From Rhodospirillaceae bacterium (GTDB taxonomy: Bacteria; Pseudomonadota; Alphaproteobacteria; UBA6615), in the NCBI GenBank assembly GCA_018667335.1, contig JABIVD010000016.1:3683-67682 (forward strand): DNA of 64,000 nucleotides, given 5' to 3'. This document shows positions 27,998-38,613 of the stretch, piece after piece. The position numbers were made by a program, and so were the translations under genes. Within the stretch, counting starts at the first letter, position 1; each line of letters starts with the position of its first letter. The notes under the pieces were generated by a model, which saw nothing but the letters and a program-made list of their open reading frames with translations, ran no database searches and was not told the origin of the DNA.

Positions 27998-28285
27998 ATG
28001 GCCGAGAAACTTGAAGGCGCGGCCCGCGATACGGCGCTGGCATCCCTCGACGGATGGGCATTGGTCGATGGCCGGGACGCGATCAGCAAGACGTTTCAGT
28101 TCGTCGACTTCAACGCGGCTTTCGGCTTCATGAGCCGCGCCGCGCTCAAGGCCGAGGCGATGAATCACCACCCCGAATGGTTCAATGTCTGGAACAGGGT
28201 CGAGGTGACCTTATCGACCCATGACGCCGGCGGCCTGACCACACTCGACATGGAGCTCGCCGCGTTCATGGACGGCGCTGTATAG
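27998..28285 (+). CDS. phhB: 4a-hydroxytetrahydrobiopterin dehydratase (pterin-4a-carbinolamine dehydratase)
   Basis: 95 aa with the conserved [E]xxxHHP[ED] block (EAMNHHPEW). Confidence 0.8.
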   Translation: MAEKLEGAARDTALASLDGWALVDGRDAISKTFQFVDFNAAFGFMSRAALKAEAMNHHPEWFNVWNRVEVTLSTHDAGGLTTLDMELAAFMDGAV

Positions 28286-28308
28286 GGTCTCTGCGACGCC
28301 TGTCACGT

Positions 28309-29382
28309 CTAACCCAACTGATCCGCCATCCAATCGGCCGACTGCAAACGGTAGCGATAGGTCCGGTTGTTGGCGATGTGGTTGCCGTCCTCGACGACCA
28401 GCAGTTCGACGGGCCCTGAGGCTTCGGACGCCAGCCGCTCGGCGTCGGTATAGGGCACCAGTCGGTCGAGTTTCCCTGCCAGCACGAAGAGCGGGCAGAC
28501 GATCTTCTCGGCCACCCCTTCGAGAGACAGCCGATGCGCCATGTCGCGGGCCTCTTCGTCTGAGGTTGATTTGGTTCGTGCGCGAAACGCGGTCCGCGTC
28601 AGGTCCGGCAAATTGTCCCAGACCGCACCCCAATTGTATGGCCCGGACAGTGCGATGCAGGCCTTGAGTCGATGCTCGTACGCAGCCGCGCGAGCGGCGT
28701 AGTAACCGCCGAGGCTGACCCCCCAGAGTCCGGCCCGACCCGCATCCACATCATCGCGCAGCTCCAGCCAGTCCATTACCGCGCCGACCGGCACTTCGTA
28801 GTCGTGTCGGATCGCAAATTCATATTCGCCTTCGCCCTGCCCGGGTCCGTCAAAGGTCAGGGTCGCCAGGCCACGCGCGAGGAACAGGCTCTCATAGGAT
28901 TCCATTTCCTCCTTCGAGGAATCGAGGCCCATCGCCATGACCACGACCGGTGGTCGGTCCATGTCCGCTGGCTTGCGCAGGATGCCGGCCAGCATTGAGC
29001 CCTCATAGGGGACCATCACCCGGTCACCGGCCGGCCGCAGGAACGGCAGGGCCAGACGGCGGCACTCGACTGCTTTCATGTGCGCCGATTGCATCTGGTC
29101 GGGATCGTTTACGAACAGGAACTTGGCGAAGTGGTAGCAGACCCCCGCGGTGGTCAGATGCTCGCCGGCGCTCAGCTCATACCCGTCGTCGAGGGCCTGC
29201 CGGCCCATCGCCTCGTGAATGGCGGCGCGCGCCGACCAGGCCGCGCACCAATCGTCCCAGCTCCCGATGGAAGCGGTGACTTCCTGGAAGTCCGTCAGAG
29301 GCACCCCGTTGGCGACGAAGCGCGGGGCCCAGTGGCTCAGCGCCGTTGCAACCCTTGGGTCCATTGGGTGATCACCAGACAT
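28309..29382 (-). CDS. Alpha/beta hydrolase (esterase/lipase-like)
   Basis: Nucleophile elbow GVSLGG, plus downstream Asp and His. Confidence 0.75.
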   Translation of the reverse strand: MSGDHPMDPRVATALSHWAPRFVANGVPLTDFQEVTASIGSWDDWCAAWSARAAIHEAMGRQALDDGYELSAGEHLTTAGVCYHFAKFLFVNDPDQMQSAHMKAVECRRLALPFLRPAGDRVMVPYEGSMLAGILRKPADMDRPPVVVMAMGLDSSKEEMESYESLFLARGLATLTFDGPGQGEGEYEFAIRHDYEVPVGAVMDWLELRDDVDAGRAGLWGVSLGGYYAARAAAYEHRLKACIALSGPYNWGAVWDNLPDLTRTAFRARTKSTSDEEARDMAHRLSLEGVAEKIVCPLFVLAGKLDRLVPYTDAERLASEASGPVELLVVEDGNHIANNRTYRYRLQSADWMADQLG

Positions 29383-29385
29383 GGA

Positions 29386-30147
29386 CTAGCGCGCAGCCAT
29401 GCGCAGCGCGCCGTCGAGGCGTAGCACCGTACCGTTGATCAGCACGTTCTCGCACATATGCATGACCAGGCTTGCGTACTCACTGGCGTGCCCAAGCCGC
29501 TTGGGAAATTCGGGTTGCTCGGACAGGCTTGCACGTGCCTCATCGGGCAGGCCGGCCATCATCGGCGTGTCGATCAGGCCCGGTGCGATCGTGTTGACGC
29601 GTATGCCGCGCGACGCGAATTCCCGCGCCGCCACGAGTGTCAGCGAGACGATGCCGCCCTTGGATGCGGCATAGGCGGCCTGGCCGATCTGGCCTTCGGT
29701 GGCCGCGACCGAGGCGGTGCTGACGATCAGGCCGCGCTCGCCGTCTTCGAAGCTGTCGGCCTCGCCAAGGTCGGCGGCGAACAGGCGCATCATGTTGAAC
29801 GAGCCGACCAGGTTGACCTGGATGACGGCGTTGAACGCGTCCAGCGGCAGGGGGCCGTTGCGGCCGACAATCCGGCCCGGCGTGCCGACGCCGGCGCAGT
29901 TGACCAGCAGCCGGCCCACGCCGTTGGCGTCGCGTGCGGCCGCGATGGCCGCCTCGCCGCTGTCGGCGCTGGTGACGTCGCATTCGACGGCCGTGCCGCC
30001 AATCTCGTCGGCGACGGCATGTGCCCCGTCCATGTTGACGTCGAGCAGCGAGACCTTCATGCCCGCCTTGGCACAATGGCGGGCCACTTCGGCGCCGATG
30101 CCCGAGCCGCCGCCCGTGATTACTGCTGCCAGTCCGTTGACGTCCAT
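29386..30147 (-). CDS. SDR-family oxidoreductase (3-hydroxyacyl-CoA dehydrogenase type-2-like)
   Basis: TGGGSGIG, NCAG and YAASK motifs. Confidence 0.85.
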   Translation of the reverse strand: MDVNGLAAVITGGGSGIGAEVARHCAKAGMKVSLLDVNMDGAHAVADEIGGTAVECDVTSADSGEAAIAAARDANGVGRLLVNCAGVGTPGRIVGRNGPLPLDAFNAVIQVNLVGSFNMMRLFAADLGEADSFEDGERGLIVSTASVAATEGQIGQAAYAASKGGIVSLTLVAAREFASRGIRVNTIAPGLIDTPMMAGLPDEARASLSEQPEFPKRLGHASEYASLVMHMCENVLINGTVLRLDGALRMAAR

Positions 30148-30220
30148 CTCAATTCCCCTGATGTGTGATTCTTATTGGGCGTTGGTTCTACCGTGGCGTT
30201 TGGTTGGCTTCAATGCGGGC

Positions 30221-31225
30221 TCATGCGCCCCGAGGCCGTAGGCGATCCGGGTCCAGCCCGAGAATCCAGCCTTCGATGTCACGTTGTATTCGATCACGTG
30301 GGTCGCCCGGAGGACGGTGGCCGTACACGACATTGAGCATCCCGAACAATCCGACCGTTGCGTCGAACCGGTCCTCGCCATCCGCGCCCGGCCCGAAACC
30401 GTCGCGGATATCCGCCGCGAGTGCGGCGGACAGTTCGACCGCATTGTCTGCGGCCCATTTTAGCAGGGGTTCGGCATCGTCACGCCGGTCGGCCTGATTG
30501 CGCTTGGATTTGTTGGGTGCGCCGATCCTGAGCTGCAGATGGGAGTAAACCTCTCCGGGGTAGGTCTCGGCCACGATGACACCGGGCCGGTCGAGCAGGA
30601 CACCCAGATTGCCGTCGAACGGCCAGATATGCAGGTCGCTTCTGGCGCGCATTGCAGGGGTGATGAGGTCGCGCCAGCCGCTGATTGCCGCCTTGCCCAC
30701 CTGCTGGCCGCCCAAGGTCCAGAACAGCGGGCTCGCCGCGAACCGCAGGTCGGTTGGGTGGTCGCACACCCGGCGCAGATCGTCGATTCCCGCCACCCCA
30801 AGCCCGTCCGTAAGCTGTTTGTGCCGGGTTCCTCCGGGCTTGTCGGGATAGAAGGGTCGGCGAATGGAAATCTCGTCGGGCTTTATGGCGGGCGTGTAGA
30901 AATCCGCCCAGTGACCGCGGCCGAAACGCGCCAGCGCTGGGATGAAATGGTTGATATTTGCCTTCACGGCATAGGCTTCCGGCAGACCCAGCGGGAAATC
31001 GAACCCGGCGAACACAGTTTCGCCCGCGCCCGCGCCGGCCGACAGGCGGTCGAAGAAATCATCGAGTTGGCTAACGGGTTCGGGGGCCAGGGCCACATAG
31101 CCGCCCGTCGTCGTACGGGCTGCGCGGGCGACCCAGCGTTTGCGCGCATCTACCGACCAGTCGGCATGGGCCAGCACTGCGGGTCGGGCGAGTCCGGCGA
31201 TGCGCCGGATCGCCTTTGTGTTCAC
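30221..31225 (-). CDS. Hypothetical protein, possibly a DUF429-like RNase-H-fold protein
   Basis: The N-terminal LAHADWSVDARKRWVA is reminiscent of DUF429. The rest shows no clear motifs. Confidence 0.4.
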   Translation of the reverse strand: MNTKAIRRIAGLARPAVLAHADWSVDARKRWVARAARTTTGGYVALAPEPVSQLDDFFDRLSAGAGAGETVFAGFDFPLGLPEAYAVKANINHFIPALARFGRGHWADFYTPAIKPDEISIRRPFYPDKPGGTRHKQLTDGLGVAGIDDLRRVCDHPTDLRFAASPLFWTLGGQQVGKAAISGWRDLITPAMRARSDLHIWPFDGNLGVLLDRPGVIVAETYPGEVYSHLQLRIGAPNKSKRNQADRRDDAEPLLKWAADNAVELSAALAADIRDGFGPGADGEDRFDATVGLFGMLNVVYGHRPPGDPRDRIQRDIEGWILGLDPDRLRPRGA

Positions 31226-32037
31226 CCCGCGCCGTCCTGATCGCCTTGATTGAACGATTCAAGAAATGGCACCAGCGCGGCATTAAATGCAGCGGGGTTC
31301 TCGAGGTTCGACAGATGCCCCGCCGGATCGATCTCGACATAGGTGGCGTTCGGCATCCGGGCGTGCATTTCGCGCATGCCGTCAGGCGGTGTGCCGAGAT
31401 CCTGGGCGCCGCAGATCAGCAATGTCCGCAGTTCGATCTCGTGCAGCCGGTCCATAAAGTCGAGGCGGGTCATGGCGTCGGCGCAGGCGATATAGCCCTC
31501 GACCGTGTTGGCCGCGATCAGCGCCCGTGCCTGGTCCACCAGTTCGGGGCGGTTTGCACGGACATCTTCGGTGAACCAGCGCAGCGGCATACCCTTGATC
31601 AGGGGATCGAGGCCTTCGCGGGCGACCCGATCGATCAGGGCCGGGACCGTCGCGGCGAACTCGCCTGTGAAGTCCGCCCGTGTGTCGGCGAGCGCATAGG
31701 CGTTGATCCGCTCGGGCCAGCCGAGCGCGAGGGCCTGGCCGGTCATGCCGCCGATCGACAGGCCGACGAAATGACTGCGTTCGATTCCCAGCGCGTCCCA
31801 AAGCCCGACGATGTCTGAAGCGAGGTCCTCCAGGTTCCAGGGACCTGGTGGCGCGTCGGTCCCGTCATGGCCGCGCGTGTTGTATCGGAGGATGCGGTAC
31901 CGGTCCGAGAGCACAGACACCTGAGTATCCCACAAGGTGTAGTTTGTGTTGAGCGAGTTCGAGAAGGTCAGCCATGGAGCATTTGTGGGGCCGTCGATCT
32001 GACAGACGAACCCGATCCCGTTGGCCTCGATACGCAT
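31222..32037 (-). CDS. Alpha/beta hydrolase (3-oxoadipate enol-lactonase-like)
   Basis: GLSIGG nucleophile motif, ~270 aa. ATGA-type overlap with the upstream gene. Confidence 0.8.
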   Translation of the reverse strand: MRIEANGIGFVCQIDGPTNAPWLTFSNSLNTNYTLWDTQVSVLSDRYRILRYNTRGHDGTDAPPGPWNLEDLASDIVGLWDALGIERSHFVGLSIGGMTGQALALGWPERINAYALADTRADFTGEFAATVPALIDRVAREGLDPLIKGMPLRWFTEDVRANRPELVDQARALIAANTVEGYIACADAMTRLDFMDRLHEIELRTLLICGAQDLGTPPDGMREMHARMPNATYVEIDPAGHLSNLENPAAFNAALVPFLESFNQGDQDGAG

Positions 32038-32047
32038 GGTTTGCGTC

Positions 32048-33133
32048 CTATTGTGCGGCGGCTGTTGTCACCGGCTCGCCACCTCCGCCGATCGGCCCGA
32101 CAGCTTTTTCGATCAACGGTATGACCTCTCTGCCGAACCGCCGGATTGAGCGCATGACCGCCTCATGGTCGGTATCGCCGATGGTCATATAGAGCGCGAT
32201 ATGGCTCGACCGGACCTTTTGGATTTCCTCGACAAGTCTTTCGGCGACGGTCTCCGGATCGCCGATCGGGTTCCAGGCCAGGATATCCTCTGGCGACATC
32301 TCACCTTCGAAGGGCACCTCGGGCAGCCATGGTGCGTCGAGTACGGTCTGGCCCTGGCGCAGATAGGAAGACAACCGCACCTGGTATCGCGCGTTCTCGG
32401 CAAAGGCCAGCGCCTCGGCCTTGTCGTCGGTCACGAAGCAGTAGCGCAGGGATCCAAACCGCATGGATTCGGGATCGCGGCCGGCGTCTCGCCAGGTCTC
32501 GTCGACCTGCGCGCGAATCCCCGCGAGCGTGTCGGCGTCGCGGCCGAAGCCGGTGACGAACATCGGGTGGTCGCCCATCAGGGCGCGCCGCTGGGACGCG
32601 GGGCTGTTGCCTGCAATCCAGATTTCCGGTCGCGGCTTCTGTATCGGATCGACCGTGAACCAGGTCTGGGGCATATCGATATGCTTGCCGTGAAATTCGA
32701 AGGATTCCTGGCCCAACCCCTGGGACAGGAAGTCGAGCCATTCGTCGGTGACCGCACTCGATTCCTCGAGATCGATTCCAAATCGCTTCAGCTCATACGC
32801 CTGGTAGCCGCTGCCGAGGCCGAGGATCAGCCGGCCCTCGGTGAGGTTGTCGGCGAAGGTGATGTCGCCCATCAGGCGAGCAGGCTGATACAGCGCCGGC
32901 AGGACCACCGCGGTACCCATTTTGATGCGCAATGTCTGCGGCCCCACATGCGCCGCCATCATCAGGGGTGATGGCGCCATCGAATAGTTGGTGAAGTGAT
33001 GCTCGGTAAACCAGGAGACGCCGAAACCGGCGGTCTCGGCTGCCTGGATCTGCTCGACAGTTTCGGCGATGACCTGTGGCACCGTCTGGCTGCGGTGGCG
33101 GCGGTTCATCAGATTGAATATGCCGAAATCCAT
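32048..33133 (-). CDS. LLM-class flavin-dependent oxidoreductase (luciferase-like monooxygenase)
   Basis: Start at MDFGIFNLM. TIM-barrel LLM pattern (WFTEHH, LGLGSGY). Confidence 0.8.
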   Translation of the reverse strand: MDFGIFNLMNRRHRSQTVPQVIAETVEQIQAAETAGFGVSWFTEHHFTNYSMAPSPLMMAAHVGPQTLRIKMGTAVVLPALYQPARLMGDITFADNLTEGRLILGLGSGYQAYELKRFGIDLEESSAVTDEWLDFLSQGLGQESFEFHGKHIDMPQTWFTVDPIQKPRPEIWIAGNSPASQRRALMGDHPMFVTGFGRDADTLAGIRAQVDETWRDAGRDPESMRFGSLRYCFVTDDKAEALAFAENARYQVRLSSYLRQGQTVLDAPWLPEVPFEGEMSPEDILAWNPIGDPETVAERLVEEIQKVRSSHIALYMTIGDTDHEAVMRSIRRFGREVIPLIEKAVGPIGGGGEPVTTAAAQ

Positions 33134-33197
33134 GAATGTTCCCCTTAGCGTGTTTTTCTTATTAACCCGGTCGCCGGTGGCGGGAGTCAAGTCGCCG

Positions 33198-34082
33198 CTA
33201 TCCGTCCGGCGGTGTCTGCTGGCGGGCGGAATAAAGCGTGGCACCGATGATCACGGTAACGCCGATAATCGTGAAGATGTCCGGTATCTCGCCGAAGGCG
33301 ATGAACGCGATGAGGGCGATCATTGGCAGCCGGATATAGTCAAACGGTGCGATCAGTGATGCGTCCGCCAGATCAAAGGCCCGGGCCACCAGAAATATGG
33401 CTGTGGTGCCGAGCACGCCCATGCCCGCGGAACGCCAGGCCGCGTCCCAACTGGGCAACTGCCATTCTGGCAATGCGATCAGGGTGAGTAGCAGGGCCGA
33501 CCACAGAGTCTGATAGACGGTGATGGTGACCGTCGATTCGGTGCTGCCGAGGCGCTTCATCAGGAGGAACCAAAGCGCGTAGACGAAGGCATAACCCAGC
33601 GGCAGGATGGCCGCGGCCTCGACTGGGACGACTCCGGGACGCAGGATGATCAGCACGCCGGCGAAGCCGACGAAGATGGCGGCCCACCGCGCGATACGGA
33701 CCCGTTCCCCGAACATGAAAATGGCCATCAACGTTGCGAACAGCGGAGCGGTGAATGTCAGCGATATCACGAAGGCGAGGGGCATCAGCGCGAGACCACT
33801 GAACAGAAGAATGGTCGAGACGACAGTGATCACCGCCGCCAGGAAATGCATGCCGTGGCGACGTGTGTGCAGCACACGGCCACGGTTTCTCAGGAGCCAG
33901 GGGATGGTCAAGGGCACGGCCCAGAGAAACCGCAGGGCTGAGGTCTCGAAAGACCCGACCTCGTCGGCGACATCGCGCACCAGCGCATGGTTTGCGGCGA
34001 GACAGGCGGAACCCCCGAGCATTGCCAGGATGGCAACGACGGTGCGTGGCAAGCCGAAGATGTGCGCCCTCGTATCGGTCAT
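33198..34082 (-). CDS. DMT-superfamily transporter (EamA family)
   Basis: 10-TM EamA repeat architecture. Its start overlaps the upstream paralogue's stop as ATGA. Confidence 0.8.
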   Translation of the reverse strand: MTDTRAHIFGLPRTVVAILAMLGGSACLAANHALVRDVADEVGSFETSALRFLWAVPLTIPWLLRNRGRVLHTRRHGMHFLAAVITVVSTILLFSGLALMPLAFVISLTFTAPLFATLMAIFMFGERVRIARWAAIFVGFAGVLIILRPGVVPVEAAAILPLGYAFVYALWFLLMKRLGSTESTVTITVYQTLWSALLLTLIALPEWQLPSWDAAWRSAGMGVLGTTAIFLVARAFDLADASLIAPFDYIRLPMIALIAFIAFGEIPDIFTIIGVTVIIGATLYSARQQTPPDG

Positions 34083-34981
34083 GTCGTGGTGGTCGTAGTG
34101 ATGCGCTTGGCGGCGAGCGCCTCGCGGCGGGCGATATAGACCGCTGAACAGCCGATGATCGTTGCCCCGACGAGGGTCCAGACATCGAGTATCTCCGAAA
34201 ACCAGATGAACCCGATCAGGACCGCCATCGGCAGCCGGATGAATTCGAGAGGAACAATTGCCGACGCCTCTGCGAGACTCATCGCCTTCGTCAGCATCAG
34301 ATGTGCCACGGTCGTGGTCACACCAATGGCAAAGGTCACCGCGATCATGATTGGGCTGGGCCAGACCCAGAACACGACCGCCGGGATGAAGGTGAAGAAC
34401 GTGATGGCGAGATTGAAAGTCAGGACGATCGCGCGGGTGCTGTCCTCCTGGGACATGACCCGGATCAACAGCACGTTGACTGCGATCGACATGGCGCTAC
34501 CCAGTGCGAGCAGCGCGCCGAGTTGCACGGTCTCGACACCTGGCCGGACGACGATCAACACGCCGATGAAACCGATGATGGTTGCCGTCCAGCGCCGGGC
34601 GCGCACGACCTCGCCGAGGAAAATTGCGGCCAGGATCGTGGCGAAAAGGGGTGAGGTGAAGTTGAGTGCGACGGCCTCGCCCAGGGGCATGATCGCGATG
34701 GCCGTAAACCAGGCCAGGGTGTTCACGGCGGACAGCGCGCCGCGAATGAGGTGCAGTTTCGGGCGTTTGACGCGCAGATCCGAGAAATCCCACCCTCGAA
34801 GAATCAGGGGCAGCATGAATATCAAACCGAACGTCGAACGCAGGAAGCCGATCTGGAACGGGTGCAGCTCGGTGCTGGCGAACCGCACGAGCCCGTGGCC
34901 GATAGAGAACAGAACCATCGCCCCGACCATCAGGGAAATTGCGACGACGGTGGGGGACATGGTGGAGAGGCGGCTGGGCAT
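34079..34981 (-). CDS. DMT-superfamily transporter (EamA family), tandem paralogue
   Basis: 10-TM EamA architecture with a poly-Thr C-terminal tail. Confidence 0.8.
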   Translation of the reverse strand: MPSRLSTMSPTVVAISLMVGAMVLFSIGHGLVRFASTELHPFQIGFLRSTFGLIFMLPLILRGWDFSDLRVKRPKLHLIRGALSAVNTLAWFTAIAIMPLGEAVALNFTSPLFATILAAIFLGEVVRARRWTATIIGFIGVLIVVRPGVETVQLGALLALGSAMSIAVNVLLIRVMSQEDSTRAIVLTFNLAITFFTFIPAVVFWVWPSPIMIAVTFAIGVTTTVAHLMLTKAMSLAEASAIVPLEFIRLPMAVLIGFIWFSEILDVWTLVGATIIGCSAVYIARREALAAKRITTTTTT

Positions 34982-35213
34982 GGTCGATCACAATAGAACA
35001 GCGGTGCGACGCCTCGATAGTCGGCTTCTGCGTGGCTGGGCTGCGCATTCGGCTCTGTGAAACCGTGTTCGCGGACTATGAAGGGACCGCCCGGTTGGGC
35101 ATAATCGGGATAGGCTGGGCTCGTTGACAGTGGTCGATGGGCTGTTGTTTATCAGCGGTGCAGCGGATCAGGTGCTGGACCCGAAACCAGAACAAACAAT
35201 TCAGGGCGGACAG

Positions 35214-35915
35214 ATGAGCAAGAAGGTGTACGCGGACGCGAAGTCTGCACTCGATGGACTTCTCCACGATGGAATGACGATTCTCGCGGGTGGGTTTGGC
35301 CTGTGCGGTATTCCCGAGCACATGATCCTGGCGATCCGGGATTCGGGTGTGAAGGATCTCACCGTTGCGTCGAACAATGCCGGTGTCGATGAATTCGGTC
35401 TTGGGCTCCTGCTGCAGACGCGACAGGTGAAGAAGATGATCTCGTCCTATGTGGGGGAGAACAAAACCTTCGAGGCGCAGTTTCTCGCCGGCGAGCTGGA
35501 GCTCGAATTCAATCCGCAAGGCACGCTGGCCGAGCGCTGTCGCGCCGGGGGCGCCGGAATTCCGGCCTTCTACACCAAGACGGGTGTCGGCACGCTCATC
35601 GCCGAAGGCAAGGAAACCAAGGATTTCGACGGTCAGACCTATCTGATGGAACGTGGCCTGACTGGTGATCTGGCGATCATCAAGGCCTGGAAGGGCGATA
35701 CGGCGGGCAACGTTGTGTTCCGCAAGACTGCGCGCAACTTCAATGCGCCGATGGCGACGGCAGGCAAGGTCTGCGTCGTCGAGGTGGAGGAGTTGGTCGA
35801 GCCGGGTGAGCTTGATCCCGATGGCATTCACCTGCCCAGCATCTACACCCATCGGATCTTCCAGGGTCAGGATTTCGAGAAACGCATCGAGTTTCGGACC
35901 GTGAGTGATGGCTGA
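35214..35915 (+). CDS. scoA: 3-oxoacid CoA-transferase subunit A
   Basis: [35 protein letters not shown] matches the SCOT subunit A consensus. RBS agggcgga. Confidence 0.85.
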   Translation: MSKKVYADAKSALDGLLHDGMTILAGGFGLCGIPEHMILAIRDSGVKDLTVASNNAGVDEFGLGLLLQTRQVKKMISSYVGENKTFEAQFLAGELELEFNPQGTLAERCRAGGAGIPAFYTKTGVGTLIAEGKETKDFDGQTYLMERGLTGDLAIIKAWKGDTAGNVVFRKTARNFNAPMATAGKVCVVEVEELVEPGELDPDGIHLPSIYTHRIFQGQDFEKRIEFRTVSDG

Positions 35916-35977
35916 CCGGAAGACCCGTGCAGCGACGATGGACCGGAAGACGAACGACAGAATGAAGGAGACGGATT

Positions 35978-36610
35978 ATGGCTTGGACACGCGATGAAAT
36001 GTGCGCCCGCGCGGCGTTGGAACTCGAAGATGGCTTCTATGTGAACCTCGGCATTGGCATGCCGACAAAGGTGGCGAATTTCATTCCCGATGGCATGGAT
36101 GTGAATTTCCAGTCGGAGAACGGCATGCTCGGCATGGGTCCGTTCCCGACTGACAACGAGGTCGATGCCGATCTGATCAACGCCGGCAAGCAAACCATCA
36201 CCGAGACGCCGAAATCTGTGTACTTCGACAGCGCGCAATCCTTCGCAATGATCCGCGGTGGGCACATCAACATGTCGATCCTCGGCGCGCTGCAGGTGGC
36301 CGAGAATGGTGATCTCGCCAACTGGATGATCCCTGGCAAGATGGTCAAAGGCATGGGCGGCGCGATGGATCTGGTCGCTGGCGTCAAGCGGGTGGTGATC
36401 CTGATGGATCACAACGCCAAGGACGGCACGGCCAAGCTGCTTAAGGAATGCAACCTGCCGCTCACGGGTGCTGCGGTGGTCGACGACATCATCACCGAAC
36501 TGGGCGTATTCCGGATCGGCGACGGCGGTGTGCACATCCAGGAACTCGCGCCGGACGTCACGGTCGATGAAGTGCGCGAGCGGTCCGAAGCCACCATCGT
36601 TACCCAGTAG
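35978..36610 (+). CDS. scoB: 3-oxoacid CoA-transferase subunit B
   Basis: ENGMLGMGP and SCOT-B blocks, including the region around the catalytic Glu (MIPGKMVKGMGGAMDLV). Confidence 0.85.
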   Translation: MAWTRDEMCARAALELEDGFYVNLGIGMPTKVANFIPDGMDVNFQSENGMLGMGPFPTDNEVDADLINAGKQTITETPKSVYFDSAQSFAMIRGGHINMSILGALQVAENGDLANWMIPGKMVKGMGGAMDLVAGVKRVVILMDHNAKDGTAKLLKECNLPLTGAAVVDDIITELGVFRIGDGGVHIQELAPDVTVDEVRERSEATIVTQ

Positions 36611-36710
36611 TCACCGAGAACGCCGACTTGTTTTGGGCGTTTGGAAATCAGCGAGACCCCATGCCGCATGACCTGCCGTATGGGGCCTTTTTGCTGGGAG
36701 AATCCAGGCT

Positions 36711-37622
36711 GTGAATCGTGATGCTGTCATCGGTGTCGCCGCCGGCTTCGTCGTGATGCTGCTGTTCGCAGGGATGCTGGTGGTCTCGCGGTTTGGCGCC
36801 ACCTCGAGCCTCACCGTTTACGATATGGCCGGCTTGCGTTTCGGCATTGCGGGCCTATGCACGTTGCCGATCATCCTGCGGATGCGCTGGCCGCGTCTCG
36901 AAATCTGGAAAGTGCTGGTCATCGCCGCAACCTCAGGGGCGCCATTCGCGCTCTTCCTTTTTGGTGGCATGTCGTTTGCCCCGGTCGCCCATGGCGGGAT
37001 CGTGACCAACGGCGCCATGCCGGTCATTGCGGCCGGGATCGCCTGGTTCGTTTTCGGGAATCGTCTCGGCGGGTGGCGCGTGGTCGGGATTGTCATGATT
37101 GTCGGCGGCGTGCTGGCGACAGGCTGGGATGCGTTGGCCAACGGGATGCCCGGGCAGTGGCGCGGGCATCTGCTGTTCCTCGGTGCTGCGGCGTGCAACG
37201 CCACCTTCCTGACCACGGTGCGTGGCTGGGGCATCACCGCGTTTCAGTCTCTGATCATCGTGAACGGGGTCAATCTGGCGCTCTATGTGCCGCTCTGGCT
37301 TCTCTTCCTGCCGAGCAATCTTGCCGCGACGCCCTGGCCGGAAATTGCGTTGCAGGGTGTCTACCAGGGCATCGTCGCGGCGTTTTTTGCGTCGATCATG
37401 ATTGCCCACGCCGCGCGCATGCTGGGCGGCATGCGTCAGGCTGCGATGATGTCCGGGGCCCCGGCGGTGGCCGTGCTCATTGCGATTCCGGCCCTGGGTG
37501 AAATCCCGTCCACCATCAGCATCATCGGCGTGGTCGTTGTCACCGCAGGAATCCTGGTCGCCCTCGGTCCGGGCCTGTTGTCGGGTGTCGCGTCACCAGC
37601 TGTGGCGAAGTCGAAGCCATGA
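36711..37622 (+). CDS. DMT-superfamily transporter (EamA family)
   Basis: 10-TM EamA architecture. Confidence 0.8.
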   Translation: MNRDAVIGVAAGFVVMLLFAGMLVVSRFGATSSLTVYDMAGLRFGIAGLCTLPIILRMRWPRLEIWKVLVIAATSGAPFALFLFGGMSFAPVAHGGIVTNGAMPVIAAGIAWFVFGNRLGGWRVVGIVMIVGGVLATGWDALANGMPGQWRGHLLFLGAAACNATFLTTVRGWGITAFQSLIIVNGVNLALYVPLWLLFLPSNLAATPWPEIALQGVYQGIVAAFFASIMIAHAARMLGGMRQAAMMSGAPAVAVLIAIPALGEIPSTISIIGVVVVTAGILVALGPGLLSGVASPAVAKSKP

Positions 37623-38518
37623 ACGCGAGACTGCCCAGCTTTGCCGTCGGGTTGGGCTGCGGACTTGTGGTGCCGTTCATCTGGGGCGGCTGGATTGTGG
37701 CATCGCGGTTTGGCGTGCTCAACGCGCTAACCCCATTCGACGTGACGGCGATCCGGGTCGGAGTTGCCGCCATCATCGTGTTGCCGTTGCTCCTGACCCG
37801 GGGTCTGGCGGGGCTGCCCTTATGGAAGGGCGCGGTCCTTTCCTTTGGCGTCGGCGTTCCCTTCGCATTGACCTCTTTCGGGGGTATGGCGTTGGCGCCG
37901 GTGGTTCACGCGGGTGTCCTGACGAACGGGGTGATGCCGATCTTCGCCGCGATCATCGGTTACTACTGGCTGCGCGAACTGCCGGCACGGTCACAGATCG
38001 GCGGCATGCTCCTGATTGTGGTCGGGGGTGCGATGGTGGGTGGCGACAGCTTCAGTCTCGATGCGGCGCCGGGGCAGTGGCTTGGTGATCTGTTGCTGAT
38101 CGGCGCGGCGGTATGTTTCGCCCTTTATATGACGGCGCTGCGCCGCTGGAACGTCACGATCCTGCAGGCCATCATCGCCGTCCCGACGATAAGTTCGGCG
38201 ATCTATATTCCGGTCTGGCTGTTGTTCTTGCCGTCGGGGCTCTTGCAGTTCGACAATTTTCCGCCGTGGCAGGAGGTGGCGCTGCAAACCTTTTATCAGG
38301 GGATCATTGCCAGTTTCATCGTGGTGATTCTGATCACGCGGGCGACAAAGTCGCTCTCGGCAACGACGGTGGCGGTTCTGCTTGCGGGTTCACCCGCACT
38401 GGCGGTGTTGTTCGGAATTGCGCTTCTTGAAGAGGTGCCGAGCGGGCTTGCCTGGGCCGGTCTGGCCGTGACGACAATGGGCATGGTGTTGGCAGTCGGA
38501 CGCCGCGCAAGAACATAG
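37619..38518 (+). CDS. DMT-superfamily transporter (EamA family), tandem paralogue
   Basis: ATGA overlap with the upstream paralogue. 10-TM EamA architecture. Confidence 0.8.
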   Translation: MNARLPSFAVGLGCGLVVPFIWGGWIVASRFGVLNALTPFDVTAIRVGVAAIIVLPLLLTRGLAGLPLWKGAVLSFGVGVPFALTSFGGMALAPVVHAGVLTNGVMPIFAAIIGYYWLRELPARSQIGGMLLIVVGGAMVGGDSFSLDAAPGQWLGDLLLIGAAVCFALYMTALRRWNVTILQAIIAVPTISSAIYIPVWLLFLPSGLLQFDNFPPWQEVALQTFYQGIIASFIVVILITRATKSLSATTVAVLLAGSPALAVLFGIALLEEVPSGLAWAGLAVTTMGMVLAVGRRART

Positions 38519-38613
38519 TTCGCGCGAGAATCTTCGGGATCGTCAGCATCTCGTGTACATATCTGAATTGCAGAAATCAGCCTGTTTTGGCAGATTGGCG
38601 CCTGGGGGGTTCA

